Source: Limnothrix sp. BL-A-16
GTDB taxonomy: Bacteria; Cyanobacteriota; Cyanobacteriia; CACIAM-69d
Assembly: GCA_041937175.2 (NCBI GenBank)
Contig: CP166615.1
Span: forward strand, 2,240,001 to 2,304,000
Reading direction: 5' to 3'
DNA length: 64,000 nt
A program made the position numbers and the translations under genes. The notes under the pieces are model-generated. The model did not search any database and had not been told where the DNA came from. It was given only the letters and a program-made list of their open reading frames with translations. The stretch's first letter is position 1. Each line of letters starts with the position of its first letter. Below are positions 44,340-57,095 of the stretch, one piece after another.

Positions 44340-44415
44340 AGATCTTCGGCAATAATCTTCAGCAATAAATCTTTGGCCAGAGATCTTCAGCAGTAAATCT
44401 TTGGCCAGAGATCTC
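44340..44415. repeat. 14-bp tandem repeat with 28-bp higher-order unit
   Basis: ATCTTCAGCARTAA alternating with ATCTTTGGCCAGAG. Confidence 0.85.
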
Positions 44416-44463
44416 CTGTAACGCTTCCACTCGCTCGATCGCGCAAGGATCGAAACCGCAACT

Positions 44464-45573
44464 ATGGCCATTCAATCCTGGTTTCAACCCCGCCACCGTC
44501 GGCTGATTGGGCGATCGCTGGGGTTACTGGTTTGGTTCGGGGCGATCGGGCTGGCCCCCGAGTTGGCCCAAGCCAGCCCCCTCACCCTGGCCCAAGTCAG
44601 CAACAGCAGCAACAATCCCCAACTTCAGGATCTGATTGAGCGGGGCGAGCAGTTTGTGCAGCGGCGCGATTGGGAATCGGCCCTAGTGATCTATGAACGG
44701 GCGGCCCAGCTCGATCGGGACAATGCCCGCATCTATTCCGGGATTGGCTATGTGCAAGCCATGCGCGGCAACTTCGCGGAAGCGGCCCGGGCCTATCAAC
44801 AGGCAACGGTGCTGGATCCGCGCAATGCTGAATTTTTCTACGCCCTTGGGTTCAGCCTCGCCAACACTAACGACCTGGAACCAGCCTTAGCCGCCTACTA
44901 CCGCGCGGTGCAGTTGGATGAGCGCCACCTGAATGCCCATTTGGGGCTGGGAGCCGTGCTCTATCGCCAGGCCAACTACAGCGGCGCACTGCAAGCCTAC
45001 CGTCAAGTTCTGAATCTGGATCCCCGGAATGCGACGGCCCAGGAGTTTGTGGGGCTAACCCTCCTGAAGACCGGCGAAGTGCAACAGGCGATCGCGGCGT
45101 TGCAAGCGGCCCAAAAGCTGAACCCCCGCCGCGACAGCACCTATGTTTCGCTCGGGGTGGCCTGGTTGGCGGCCGGCAACAGCACGGAGGCCACGGCGGC
45201 TTTTGCCCAGGCGGCTCGACTGAATCCGCGAAATCCGACCGTCCATCTGCAAATTGGCAAAATTCTGCGGGAACAGGGCGATATTCCTGGAGCGCTCGCC
45301 GCCTATCAACGGGCGGTGTCGGCCGATGGCGATTCCTACGATGCCCAAGAAGCTTTGGCGGATCTGAGTTTGGAATCGGGCGATGTGTTGGTGGCGATTA
45401 TTGGCTACCGGCGGTTGGTGGAATTGCAGCCCAACACGGGCATGGCCCATTTCAAATTGGGTCGCGCGTTGGCCAAGCAAGGGCGGAATTTTGAAGCCCG
45501 GGAAGCGTTTGATCGCGCGGCCGCTTTGGGGGTTCCCGATGCGATCGCCGCCCGCGATGCCCTGCCCAAGTGA
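44464..45573 (+). CDS. Secreted tetratricopeptide repeat protein
   Basis: Signal peptide then ~34-aa repeats ending LDPRNA/LNPRN. Confidence 0.9.
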   Translation: MAIQSWFQPRHRRLIGRSLGLLVWFGAIGLAPELAQASPLTLAQVSNSSNNPQLQDLIERGEQFVQRRDWESALVIYERAAQLDRDNARIYSGIGYVQAMRGNFAEAARAYQQATVLDPRNAEFFYALGFSLANTNDLEPALAAYYRAVQLDERHLNAHLGLGAVLYRQANYSGALQAYRQVLNLDPRNATAQEFVGLTLLKTGEVQQAIAALQAAQKLNPRRDSTYVSLGVAWLAAGNSTEATAAFAQAARLNPRNPTVHLQIGKILREQGDIPGALAAYQRAVSADGDSYDAQEALADLSLESGDVLVAIIGYRRLVELQPNTGMAHFKLGRALAKQGRNFEAREAFDRAAALGVPDAIAARDALPK

Positions 45574-45580
45574 TGGGCGA

Positions 45581-46405
45581 TTAAGCCGGGTCGCCAATCG
45601 TCGCGGTCTGGGGTGGGTTCAAATTCGGCGGTTCCAACTGATCCAAAAAAGTCAAGGGATTAGCCATATTGGCGGCGAAACCCAAAATTCCCCGATCGCG
45701 ATGTTCATAGAGCAACGTCCCGGCGCGATCGAACAAAAACGTTCCCCCCCGTTGGGTCATGTATTGGGCATCGGGAACGTAGCGATTCCAGTGGCTCAAC
45801 ACTTCCACCATATTTCGCAGTCGCAAGGTCGCCAGCTCAAAGGGACGCTGAAACCCGCGCCCACCGGCCAGGGCAAAAAAGTCACCCTTCATCGGGGGCA
45901 AGAATTTTGTGTCGATCGTTTCGTCGTCAGCGATCAACTGCGGTGCGGCGCGATCGCCCCGATAGCCCCGAAACACTTCCGCCAGCGTGCCCGGACTGCC
46001 CAGCCCCGCACACATCAACATCAAATTCAGCCAAGCGCTTTGACCCGATCGCAAGCCCGGCCACGATCGAGTCAAGCCCCCGTATAGCCCCAATTGCCGA
46101 TGGAGATCCGCCGTCGGATCGATCAACAGTGCTTCGGCGGGAAACCCCGTGTAATCACAAAATTTTTCCCCCGAGGAGCGATCGCCAATTCCCACAGCCC
46201 GCAGCACAATTTCGTGATCACGCAGGCGATCGGCCTCCCGACGCAACCACCAGGCATATTCCAAACTGTCAAAATCCCCCAATTGGGGCAGCGCGATAAA
46301 CAGAATTTTGGCTGCCCGATCGCACCCGTTCAAAACAGGGACGATCGCACCATCACTCACGCGTTCTCGCTGGTAGGTTTGCAGAATTTGGTAGCAAGAA
46401 TCCAT
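45581..46405 (-). CDS. Peroxiredoxin-like (AhpC/TSA-2) family protein
   Basis: PQLGDFDSLEYA, GFQRPFELATLRL, TQRGGTFLF; start ATG 46405. Confidence 0.8.
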   Translation of the reverse strand: MDSCYQILQTYQRERVSDGAIVPVLNGCDRAAKILFIALPQLGDFDSLEYAWWLRREADRLRDHEIVLRAVGIGDRSSGEKFCDYTGFPAEALLIDPTADLHRQLGLYGGLTRSWPGLRSGQSAWLNLMLMCAGLGSPGTLAEVFRGYRGDRAAPQLIADDETIDTKFLPPMKGDFFALAGGRGFQRPFELATLRLRNMVEVLSHWNRYVPDAQYMTQRGGTFLFDRAGTLLYEHRDRGILGFAANMANPLTFLDQLEPPNLNPPQTATIGDPA

Positions 46406-46460
46406 GACATTCAAGATCTTTCCAAGACTGTTGGCAAGGCTAGAATTTTTCGGACATTCT

Positions 46461-46982
46461 CTAGGGACAAGGGCCCGGTGCAAAGGGTGGTTCTTTCCAA
46501 TTTCCTTCAATGCTAAAACGAACCCGATTGCCCGCAACTTGCACCCGTCCCATGTCAATATGGCGGACTGGCTCACCCCCTCCGACGGGAACCACCTCCA
46601 CACAACTCAAAAGCCGACGCGGATAGTTGCCAGTCATGAGCCGGGCTTCGTTGGGATAAATGCCAATCGAATCTGCTAATAAATCGGTTCCGGGACGATT
46701 TCGCCGTTCTCGAATCACAAACCGCCGAATAAAAGCATCTTTGGTGCGGTTTTCTAGAATTAGGGACATGGTTGGCGGGCGATCGGGCGCATTATTCGGA
46801 TCATTACTATTGCTGGGGAGCTGGGCCCGCAAAGGATTAGCCATCAGAATTAGCCCGATCGCGATCGCCCCAGAGCCTAACCAAGTTCCACGATCAATGA
46901 GCCTATTCTTCAAGATTTTGGGCTGGATTTTGGACTGCTCGCCTGGCTTTTGAGCAGTGTTTTGCTGAAGTTTCTGAATCAT
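46461..46982 (-). CDS. Hypothetical exported protein
   Basis: Hydrophobic stretch ending LRA|Q, then a small beta-rich domain; no family recognised. Confidence 0.55.
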   Translation of the reverse strand: MIQKLQQNTAQKPGEQSKIQPKILKNRLIDRGTWLGSGAIAIGLILMANPLRAQLPSNSNDPNNAPDRPPTMSLILENRTKDAFIRRFVIRERRNRPGTDLLADSIGIYPNEARLMTGNYPRRLLSCVEVVPVGGGEPVRHIDMGRVQVAGNRVRFSIEGNWKEPPFAPGPCP

Positions 46983-47053
46983 ACCCGTTAGTTTAGTTTT
47001 CAATTGAATCTCAGAGCTTCCAAGGATATCGGAAAAGAATCTTTGAGGACTAA

Positions 47054-47184
47054 GAAGATGTCTGAGAAGTGTCTTTCAGTACGGGCCAAGCATCAATTAT
47101 CGTGGGGGCAAGGGGCTTAAGCCCCTTGTTTACGTTGATCGCTGGAGCATACAGAGTAGCAAGTTTGGCTTTTCAGACATCCTC
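47054..47184 (+). mobile_element. MITE family C (131 bp), TSD TAA
   Basis: GAAGATGTCTGAGAAG / CTTTTCAGACATCCTC, TAA on both flanks; collinear with 35000-35126; perfect palindrome at 47109-47128. Confidence 0.88.
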
Positions 47185-47285
47185 TAACAAAGTAAAGACA
47201 ATTGCGGCGCAAGGTGATTAAGCATTTTGTCTTCATCAACTGTTCAGATCCGCAGCCTCTCGATTTTGACGTTTCAAATATCCTG

Positions 47286-47924
47286 TTAGTCTTCAGGCTG
47301 ATCAATCGCCAGCTCATCAGTCGATGAATCCATTTCCGAAAAATCAATATTGCTATAAAGATCGGTTAATTGCAAAGTTAATTCAACAGTTTTGAGCTGA
47401 AGAGTAGATTCAGGCTTGCGATATTCCAAAAATCGCCATTCGCAATCCTCTAGTTTGATGAATTGCTCAACACGCATTTCGTATTGATCAATTAGGAGAT
47501 ATTCCTGAAAGCTGGGAATGGTGCGGTAGGCGGCAAATTTTTCGCCCCCATCATAGTTTCGAGTGGATTTGGACAACACTTCTGCAATCAGCAAGGGATT
47601 CGTTACCGTATCTTTGCGACCCGCTTGCAGTTCGATCGGCTTGGGCAACACCATCACATCGGGATAGGTATACATCTGCCGCTCAGGAATCCACAGCCGC
47701 TGATCAGCTTGAAAAACACGGTAATTCCGATGCCGGAGTGCCAGCTTGAGGACAATGTAGAGATTCCCTGTAATGTCGTTGTGATTAGGGGTTCCGCCAG
47801 TCATGGGGATGATGACTCCATCTCGGTATTCGTGACGCTGATCGCTGTTGACTTCCCGATCGAGATAAGCTTCCGGGCTATAGGCTCCGAGGCTGTGGGG
47901 TTGCTTGTCCAGTTGGGCGATCAT
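47286..47924 (-). CDS. Uma2-family putative endonuclease
   Basis: HEYRDG..MTGGTPNH, YPDVMV, IAEVLSKST..YD..EKF..Y..IPS..EYLLI. Confidence 0.9.
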   Translation of the reverse strand: MIAQLDKQPHSLGAYSPEAYLDREVNSDQRHEYRDGVIIPMTGGTPNHNDITGNLYIVLKLALRHRNYRVFQADQRLWIPERQMYTYPDVMVLPKPIELQAGRKDTVTNPLLIAEVLSKSTRNYDGGEKFAAYRTIPSFQEYLLIDQYEMRVEQFIKLEDCEWRFLEYRKPESTLQLKTVELTLQLTDLYSNIDFSEMDSSTDELAIDQPED

Positions 47925-48093
47925 GGGCAAAATCTCTTTACTGGGGAACTGGGGCAAGCTGGCTTGGGTCGATCGCCCCGTCACTTTCCATCCTACCGTT
48001 TCGGTCTCGGCCGCGCCGCCGCCCGCCCCGATCGAACGCTAGGATAAAGAGCGCTATTTTCAATTTGCTGGCGTTTGTTGCGGTGGTTGCCCA

Positions 48094-51102
<3,009 letters not shown>

Positions 51103-51223
51103 ACTCTGGGGGCGATCGAACCCCTGCCAGGCAGCCGCTTAAGGGCGATCGCCCAGTCGCCGCTCCCTCAAGGCAACGGCTAAACTGATTAGCAGCCTGA
51201 GAGACCCGAGGAGACTGGATTCA

Positions 51224-52159
51224 ATGAAATATGGCATTGACATGGGCCACAACGCGGCCCCCGACACTGGCGCAGTGGGCATCAAAAAAGAAGATGACCT
51301 CACGATCGCCGTCGGCACAAGGGTGATCAGCCAACTGCAAGCCTTGGGTCATCAGGTGGTGAACTGCACCCCCAAAAGCGCCTCCAGCGTCATGGACTCA
51401 CTTTCCAAGCGCTGTGCCACCGCCAATGCCAACAATGTGGATTTATTTGTCTCCATCCACTTCAACAGCTACAACGGCCGCACCAGCGGTTCTGAAGTTT
51501 GGTACGCCAGCAATTCCGGGAAGAAATTTGCCCAACCCGTGCTCACGGAAATTCTGAAGCTGGGCTATGTCAACCGTGGCATCAAAGAGGGCAATTTTTA
51601 CGTGCTAGCCCATACGGATATGCCCAGCATTTTGGTGGAATGCTGCTTTGTGGACTCCGCCGATGATATGAAGCGGTTTGACCCGGACAAAATGGCGCGG
51701 GCGATCGTGGCGGGCGTGACCGGCGGCCAAACGGCCACCACACCCCCCCCGGCCTCTAGCGACCCAGAAATTTTGAAATTGCAGCAGGCCCTCAACCGAC
51801 TGCAAGTTTACGCCACACCCACGGGCCAGCCCTTGGCCGCCGATGGCAAGCTGGGGCCCCAAACCAACCAAGCCAGACAACGCCTCAAAACCATCTTTGC
51901 CATTTCGCCTGCGGAAACGGAAGCGAGCAATCGCGCCATGTGGGAGGCGATCACGTCGATCACGGTCGATCGCGTTGTGTTGCGACCCAATCACGGCTAT
52001 GGCCCGGCGGTGCGCTATTTGCAATTCCGATTGAATGTTCCACCCACGGGGCTATATAGCGACGCGACGGTTAGCGCAGTGCTGGCCTACCAAAAAGCCC
52101 AAGGGTTGGCGGCTGATGGGGTGGTGGGCCCAGCCACCTGGGGCAAATTGGTTCCCTAG
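51224..52159 (+). CDS. N-acetylmuramoyl-L-alanine amidase with PG-binding domains
   Basis: IDMGH, E, FVSIHFN, ILVECCF; C-terminal ADG..GP.T PG_binding_1 motifs. Confidence 0.9.
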   Translation: MKYGIDMGHNAAPDTGAVGIKKEDDLTIAVGTRVISQLQALGHQVVNCTPKSASSVMDSLSKRCATANANNVDLFVSIHFNSYNGRTSGSEVWYASNSGKKFAQPVLTEILKLGYVNRGIKEGNFYVLAHTDMPSILVECCFVDSADDMKRFDPDKMARAIVAGVTGGQTATTPPPASSDPEILKLQQALNRLQVYATPTGQPLAADGKLGPQTNQARQRLKTIFAISPAETEASNRAMWEAITSITVDRVVLRPNHGYGPAVRYLQFRLNVPPTGLYSDATVSAVLAYQKAQGLAADGVVGPATWGKLVP

Positions 52160-52212
52160 GCCAGGACGTTGGGCGATCGATCAGGCTATAGTCTCCAAGG
52201 TGTTGATATTGC

Positions 52213-53004
52213 ATGGCTATGCGTTCTACCCCTGACTGGTCACCGGAATCCGATCCCAACGAGGGGCGATCGGACGATGCGGCCCTTGAGGCGCAAGACC
52301 CGTCAATCAATAATCACAAGGCTCCAGAGAGTGCTCAAGGGATTGCTCAGGACGGTGTTCAGACTGGTGCTCAAAGCGCCCAATCGGACTCCGATGCTTC
52401 CGATGCTGAGGATGACAGCGATGGGCCCATGCGGTTCTATAACCGCTTTGAGGACTACATGGAAATCGCCGCCGCCCCGGAAACCTTCGCCAACTATTTA
52501 GATGGGCATCAGGAGTGGTTTCACCGCTGCGCTCATCCGATGCAGGTCAACCCGATCGACCAGAACAGCTATGCCATCACGATCGGGCACTTTGGCGCAT
52601 TTGACTATTACGTGGAACCGAAAGTGGGCCTCGAACTCCTGCCGCCGGATCAGGGCGTTTATGGGATCCGCACCGTCCCCGTGCCCGACTATGACCCACC
52701 GGGCTACGCCGTAGACTTCCAGGCCGCCATGAAACTGGTGGCGGTGGACAATCCCGACGAAGCGGCCGAGCAACCCATAAATACCCATGTCACCTGGACG
52801 CTGGATTTGCACGTGGATGTGTGGTTTCCGCGCTTTATTCGGGTTTTGCCCCAAGGATTGATTCAAAGAACGGGCGATCGACTGTTGGGGCAAATTGTCC
52901 GCCAGGTGTCTCGCCGGTTAACGGCTAAGGTACAAACGGATTTTCATGAGTCCCAAAATTTGCCGTTTCCCCAGCAATTGCAACGCAACCGCAGCTTCTT
53001 TTAA
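52213..53004 (+). CDS. DUF1997 family protein
   Basis: YLD.HQEWFHRCAHPM, VEPKVGLELLP, QIVRQVSRRLT; acidic N-terminal extension. Confidence 0.8.
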   Translation: MAMRSTPDWSPESDPNEGRSDDAALEAQDPSINNHKAPESAQGIAQDGVQTGAQSAQSDSDASDAEDDSDGPMRFYNRFEDYMEIAAAPETFANYLDGHQEWFHRCAHPMQVNPIDQNSYAITIGHFGAFDYYVEPKVGLELLPPDQGVYGIRTVPVPDYDPPGYAVDFQAAMKLVAVDNPDEAAEQPINTHVTWTLDLHVDVWFPRFIRVLPQGLIQRTGDRLLGQIVRQVSRRLTAKVQTDFHESQNLPFPQQLQRNRSFF

Positions 53005-53080
53005 AAGCTTTTTCAAGGGGTTTCCCTGATCATTGGGGAAGACTAGGGAATCAGTCCAGGAGTTTAAAATATGTGCCGGA

Positions 53081-53100
53081 CAAGGGGTTTAAACCCCTTG
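53081..53100. repeat. Free-standing REP-like palindrome, compensatory variant
   Basis: CAAGGGGTTTAAACCCCTTG. Confidence 0.85.
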
Positions 53101-53187
53101 TCTTTGATTTTGGCAACTGCCCAACGCCAGGATTAGAACCTTGGAAATTGGATGATAATCCTTGGCGCTGGAGGTTAGTGCTGCGGG

Positions 53188-54753
53188 TTAGCGCTTGAGG
53201 TTATTGATCCATTCGCGGAGTTGCTCGCTGGCCACATCACGGCCGCCCAAACCGAAGGCGATCGCGCTGGCCACGGCCACTGCACCCAAGATCAACCCAA
53301 AGGCCAGGTTTACAATATCCGGGGCAATTCCCATCTGTTGCAACGCCATGGCCCCCACCAACACAATGATCGCCAACCGGGCCACTTGAGCCAGCAGGGT
53401 GGCTTGGCGAGAGCCGGGCATGGCAATCACCCGGTAAGCCAAGTTAGCCAGATACAGGCCTACGGCAAAAATCAAGGCCCCGACGAGCACTTGACCGAGG
53501 ATGGTGGTTAGCCCCGCCACGAGGGCTGTCAGTTCCGGCACTTTCAGGCTGTCGATCGCGGCGATCGCAGCAAACAGCATGATGCCCACCAGGGTGATGA
53601 TCCCGGCAATATCCGAAGGAGACTTGGCTCCCACGGTCATGGGCAACCCTAAGGCGAGGGGCATGTTGTTGAAGCCCACGCCGCTCAGGAAATTGCTGAC
53701 CAAATTGGCCACGAATCGCCCGATCGCGTAGGCGAGCGCCAAAATAATTACCGCCCGCAGAATATACGGAATGGACAGCAGAATTTCATTCAGCATGGCC
53801 ACGGCGGGTTCCGAAATGGCCTGGATTTGCAGCTCTTGCAAAACCGAAATGGCCGTGACGATCAAAATCACCGTGTAGGCAATGGTTCCCGAGATCCAAG
53901 ACAGGCTTTGGGTTCCTGCCAATCCGCTCAGGCCAATGCGGTAACCGAGTCGATCGACCCCTGCTGATCCTAGGAAGTTGGTCAACACCACCCGCACCAA
54001 GCGGGCAATGAACCAGCCGATCGCCCCCACCAGCACCGCCTTAAAGATGCGTGGCAGCGCTTCTAGCACCTGAGCCACGGCCCCTTGAATTGGCTCCAGC
54101 GGCCCTTGCAAGGCCAAGGCATCCAGCACAAAGGGCAGGAACAGCAGCAGAATCAGCCAGTAGAGGATGTTGCCGAGGGTTTCGTTCAGCAGAATCGGAC
54201 TGCTGCCCCCCATTTGACTCGCCAAGCGATCGTCTAGGGAAAAGCGCTGTAGCCCTCGGGTGAGCAGCAGTTTCACCACCGTGGCCACAAGCCAAGCCAA
54301 TGCCGTAAGAACCAGGGCGCTGAAGATGCGAGGGGCATAGCCCAAAATTTCCCCTAAAAAGCGCTGAAGGGGAGTTGAAGCCGCCTGCAGGCCGACCGCA
54401 TCCAGGAAAACCAAAATGGCAAAGAGCATGATCGTCCAAAAGGCGATCGCCCCGGCCCAGTTTTCGATCGGGACAAGGGTGGCATCGTTAGCCGACTGAC
54501 CCGACAGCCAACCCGACAGCCGCCGCCCCATATCCAGCCGGCCGAGGAGGTGGCGCACAACGCTGGCCACCAAAATAGCCAACAGCCAGCCCACCAACAG
54601 GGCCACCAGCCCCCGCACCAGGCCATTCAAGAAGGGGGCCACATCCGGACTCGTGCCCGGGATTTGGGGAACTTGGGCCGAATAAAGGGCAGCAGCCCCG
54701 GGCAAGGCAAGGGCTGGGGGCATAGAAACGATTTGCCAAATTGCGATTGTCAT
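53188..54753 (-). CDS. MscS-related TM-helix-repeat membrane protein
   Basis: Repeated TM_helix units (YAPRIFSAL, ALPRIFKAV, SIPYILRAV), C-terminal AIAFGLGGRD; start uncertain. Confidence 0.8.
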   Translation of the reverse strand: MTIAIWQIVSMPPALALPGAAALYSAQVPQIPGTSPDVAPFLNGLVRGLVALLVGWLLAILVASVVRHLLGRLDMGRRLSGWLSGQSANDATLVPIENWAGAIAFWTIMLFAILVFLDAVGLQAASTPLQRFLGEILGYAPRIFSALVLTALAWLVATVVKLLLTRGLQRFSLDDRLASQMGGSSPILLNETLGNILYWLILLLFLPFVLDALALQGPLEPIQGAVAQVLEALPRIFKAVLVGAIGWFIARLVRVVLTNFLGSAGVDRLGYRIGLSGLAGTQSLSWISGTIAYTVILIVTAISVLQELQIQAISEPAVAMLNEILLSIPYILRAVIILALAYAIGRFVANLVSNFLSGVGFNNMPLALGLPMTVGAKSPSDIAGIITLVGIMLFAAIAAIDSLKVPELTALVAGLTTILGQVLVGALIFAVGLYLANLAYRVIAMPGSRQATLLAQVARLAIIVLVGAMALQQMGIAPDIVNLAFGLILGAVAVASAIAFGLGGRDVASEQLREWINNLKR

Positions 54754-55570
54754 GGATTGTGATGCTCCAGTGGAATGCACCTGAAGGGATGGAAGGGCCA
54801 CCGCGATCGGGCTGTTACCCTTGGCCCCGCCCCAAGTTTGGGGATTGGGGGACGGTTGGTCGATCGCGGCGATCGCTGGGCCCCCATGGGCGAAACCCAC
54901 TGGGGCCCCAAATGGGCCACCAGCACCATTCCATCAGGCTTCAAGGCACAGCTAGTAACGGGTTGAGCCGTCTTGGCCGCTGCGATACCGTAAGGCTAAC
55001 AGATGGATTACAGAAGGTCTCTGGGGACAAGGCGATTCAAAGGGCCCGATCGCGCCGTTGGCTGGCGGTGGCCAACAGGCTCAAAACTTGCAAACTGGCG
55101 GCTGTTGGCATCCCAGGCAAGGGATCAAGTTTCTTGAGATCCGTCCGGGGGCATTCACCCCCCAATAGAAAATGTTAAAGTTTGGGGCGTTTCTCGCAGG
55201 ATCTCGACCAAAATTTCGATCACCCACTTGATCGACGGCTTGACCAACAGAAAATATCGGCAGCCCGCAATTCTCCAACGGTCTCTGCCGCCTGCTGTGG
55301 TTCACCGAGGTTTCCGTCCATTCCGCCCCGGGTTTCTCGATCGCTGATCCCCTCAAGCAGCCCCTATCCAGGCATACTGGTCAACGGCTTAAAAATAGCC
55401 CTTTGTCCGTTAGCCCTATGTCGATGAGCCGGTGTACGGGATTGAACCAATCAGTGCTTTCCCTTGCTTCCCTTGGCCGAAACAGCGGCTAATGGCTGTC
55501 TGTGCCCCAGGCCAAGCCCGAACCCCTCCACGCTTAAACCACTCCACTCCTAGTTTTTGCCTTCGAGTCC

Positions 55571-57013
55571 ATGCTCTCTCTGCTCCTTGGCTTGTTTCCG
55601 CTCCAGGTGGGGCCCATTGCTCAACTGCCCCCGATCGAACAGGCCGAACCCGATTCCCCAGGGAGCCGGGAGGCCGCAGAAGATGAAATTTTGGCTCCGC
55701 AGCCCGTGCGGCGGCGAGAGATTACCCAGCGCCATGAGGTGCGATCGCTCCCCGGGCGGCTGGACAATGTGCCGGTTTTTAACAGCAACAGCCCTGAAGT
55801 GGTTCTGACGGAAGGGATTTTGCTGTCCACTTTTCCGGCCAACGGCATGGCCGTGCCTTCGGCGCACCTAAACTATGCCTTTCAGGGGCGGTTCGACATT
55901 TTCTCGCACCATATTTCCCGAGCGGCGGCCTATCAGGAAGGGCGCACGCTGTTTCAGGGGGTGATGGTCTATAACCCAGGGCCGCGAACCGTTGATGTGA
56001 ACATTCGCGAGGCCGCTAGCTATATCAGCCGCTTTGAAGCGCCCTTTAAACCCTTGCCGGCCTACCTGGAAGACCCGATCGGGGCGATCTATTCCGGTTC
56101 CGGTAGCCGAGTGGTGGGGGATGTGTTGCGCGGTCGGCGGCGGGGCCTGCTGCGATCGGATCTGCGGTTAGGGCCTCGGGAAGCAGAAATGGTGGTGAAT
56201 TCCCCAATTCCGGTGGGCAAAATCACCCCTTCTTCCAACACCCGATCGACCCTAATTCGGGCCGAGTCCAATGGGCCGGTCTATCTGGCCAGTTTGGCCA
56301 TGTTTTCGCCCAAAACCCCCGACGGCCGCGAACAAATTCCCAGCCTGCGGGAGTGGCAATACCTGCTGGTGCGCAGCGGTCTTTCGGGCCCGCGTGACGT
56401 GGCTCCCACCTCCCTGAGTTTGGCGGAAACCAGTGCTCGATTCTTCTATGGCCGAGTGGCCGGCGTGGCTAAGGGGTCGCGCTGGGAGGCCACCCTCACG
56501 GATCCGGGGGTGAATGAACTGCGAGTGCCTACCGATGGCGGGGCCATCTCTTACCCGATCGCCACCTTGCCCCGAGGAACATTGGGCACGCGCCAGGTGC
56601 AAAGTGCGCCCATGGTGGCTCGTTATCCCGACACAGCCTACCTGGCCCACGGTAATTACGGGGTGCAATACAGCTTGACCTTGCCCTTGACCAACCGCAC
56701 CGGCAGCCCGCAACAAGTGGCGATTTTGTTTCAAACCCCTTTGAAGGAAGACGGGCCTAACGATCAACTACGATTTTTAGAGCCGCCCGAAGAGCGGGTC
56801 TTTTTCCGGGGGCCCATTCGGTTGCAGTACCAAGATGATTTGGGCAATTCAATCGATCGCTTCATCCATGTGGTGCAACATCGCGGTGAACAGGGACAAC
56901 CCCTGGCTACCCTGACCCTACGACCCGGTTCTAAGCGGGTGGTGCAGGTGAATTTTCTCTATCCGCCCGATGCCACACCGCCCCAAGTGCTGACGGTGCA
57001 ATCCATCCGTTAG
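55571..57013 (+). CDS. DUF3370 family protein
   Basis: VFNSNSPEVV..EGILLSTFP, YGRVAGV, AHGNYGV, YPPDATPPQVLT. Confidence 0.82.
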   Translation: MLSLLLGLFPLQVGPIAQLPPIEQAEPDSPGSREAAEDEILAPQPVRRREITQRHEVRSLPGRLDNVPVFNSNSPEVVLTEGILLSTFPANGMAVPSAHLNYAFQGRFDIFSHHISRAAAYQEGRTLFQGVMVYNPGPRTVDVNIREAASYISRFEAPFKPLPAYLEDPIGAIYSGSGSRVVGDVLRGRRRGLLRSDLRLGPREAEMVVNSPIPVGKITPSSNTRSTLIRAESNGPVYLASLAMFSPKTPDGREQIPSLREWQYLLVRSGLSGPRDVAPTSLSLAETSARFFYGRVAGVAKGSRWEATLTDPGVNELRVPTDGGAISYPIATLPRGTLGTRQVQSAPMVARYPDTAYLAHGNYGVQYSLTLPLTNRTGSPQQVAILFQTPLKEDGPNDQLRFLEPPEERVFFRGPIRLQYQDDLGNSIDRFIHVVQHRGEQGQPLATLTLRPGSKRVVQVNFLYPPDATPPQVLTVQSIR

Positions 57014-57095
57014 GGGCGATCGATCCTGAATCGTCCATTGGGGTTTCTGGGTAACGACCGGCCCTATCATTCGGGGAAGCAACGGGGGGCGTTCC

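Noticed and set aside
47925..48093. LexA box upstream of uvrA
   Set aside because: No match to the cyanobacterial RGTAC-N3-DGTWCB motif seen.
54878..54910. GC-rich hairpin GGGCCCC..GGGGCCC upstream of the MscS-like gene as a riboswitch
   Set aside because: Single stem with no recognisable aptamer consensus.
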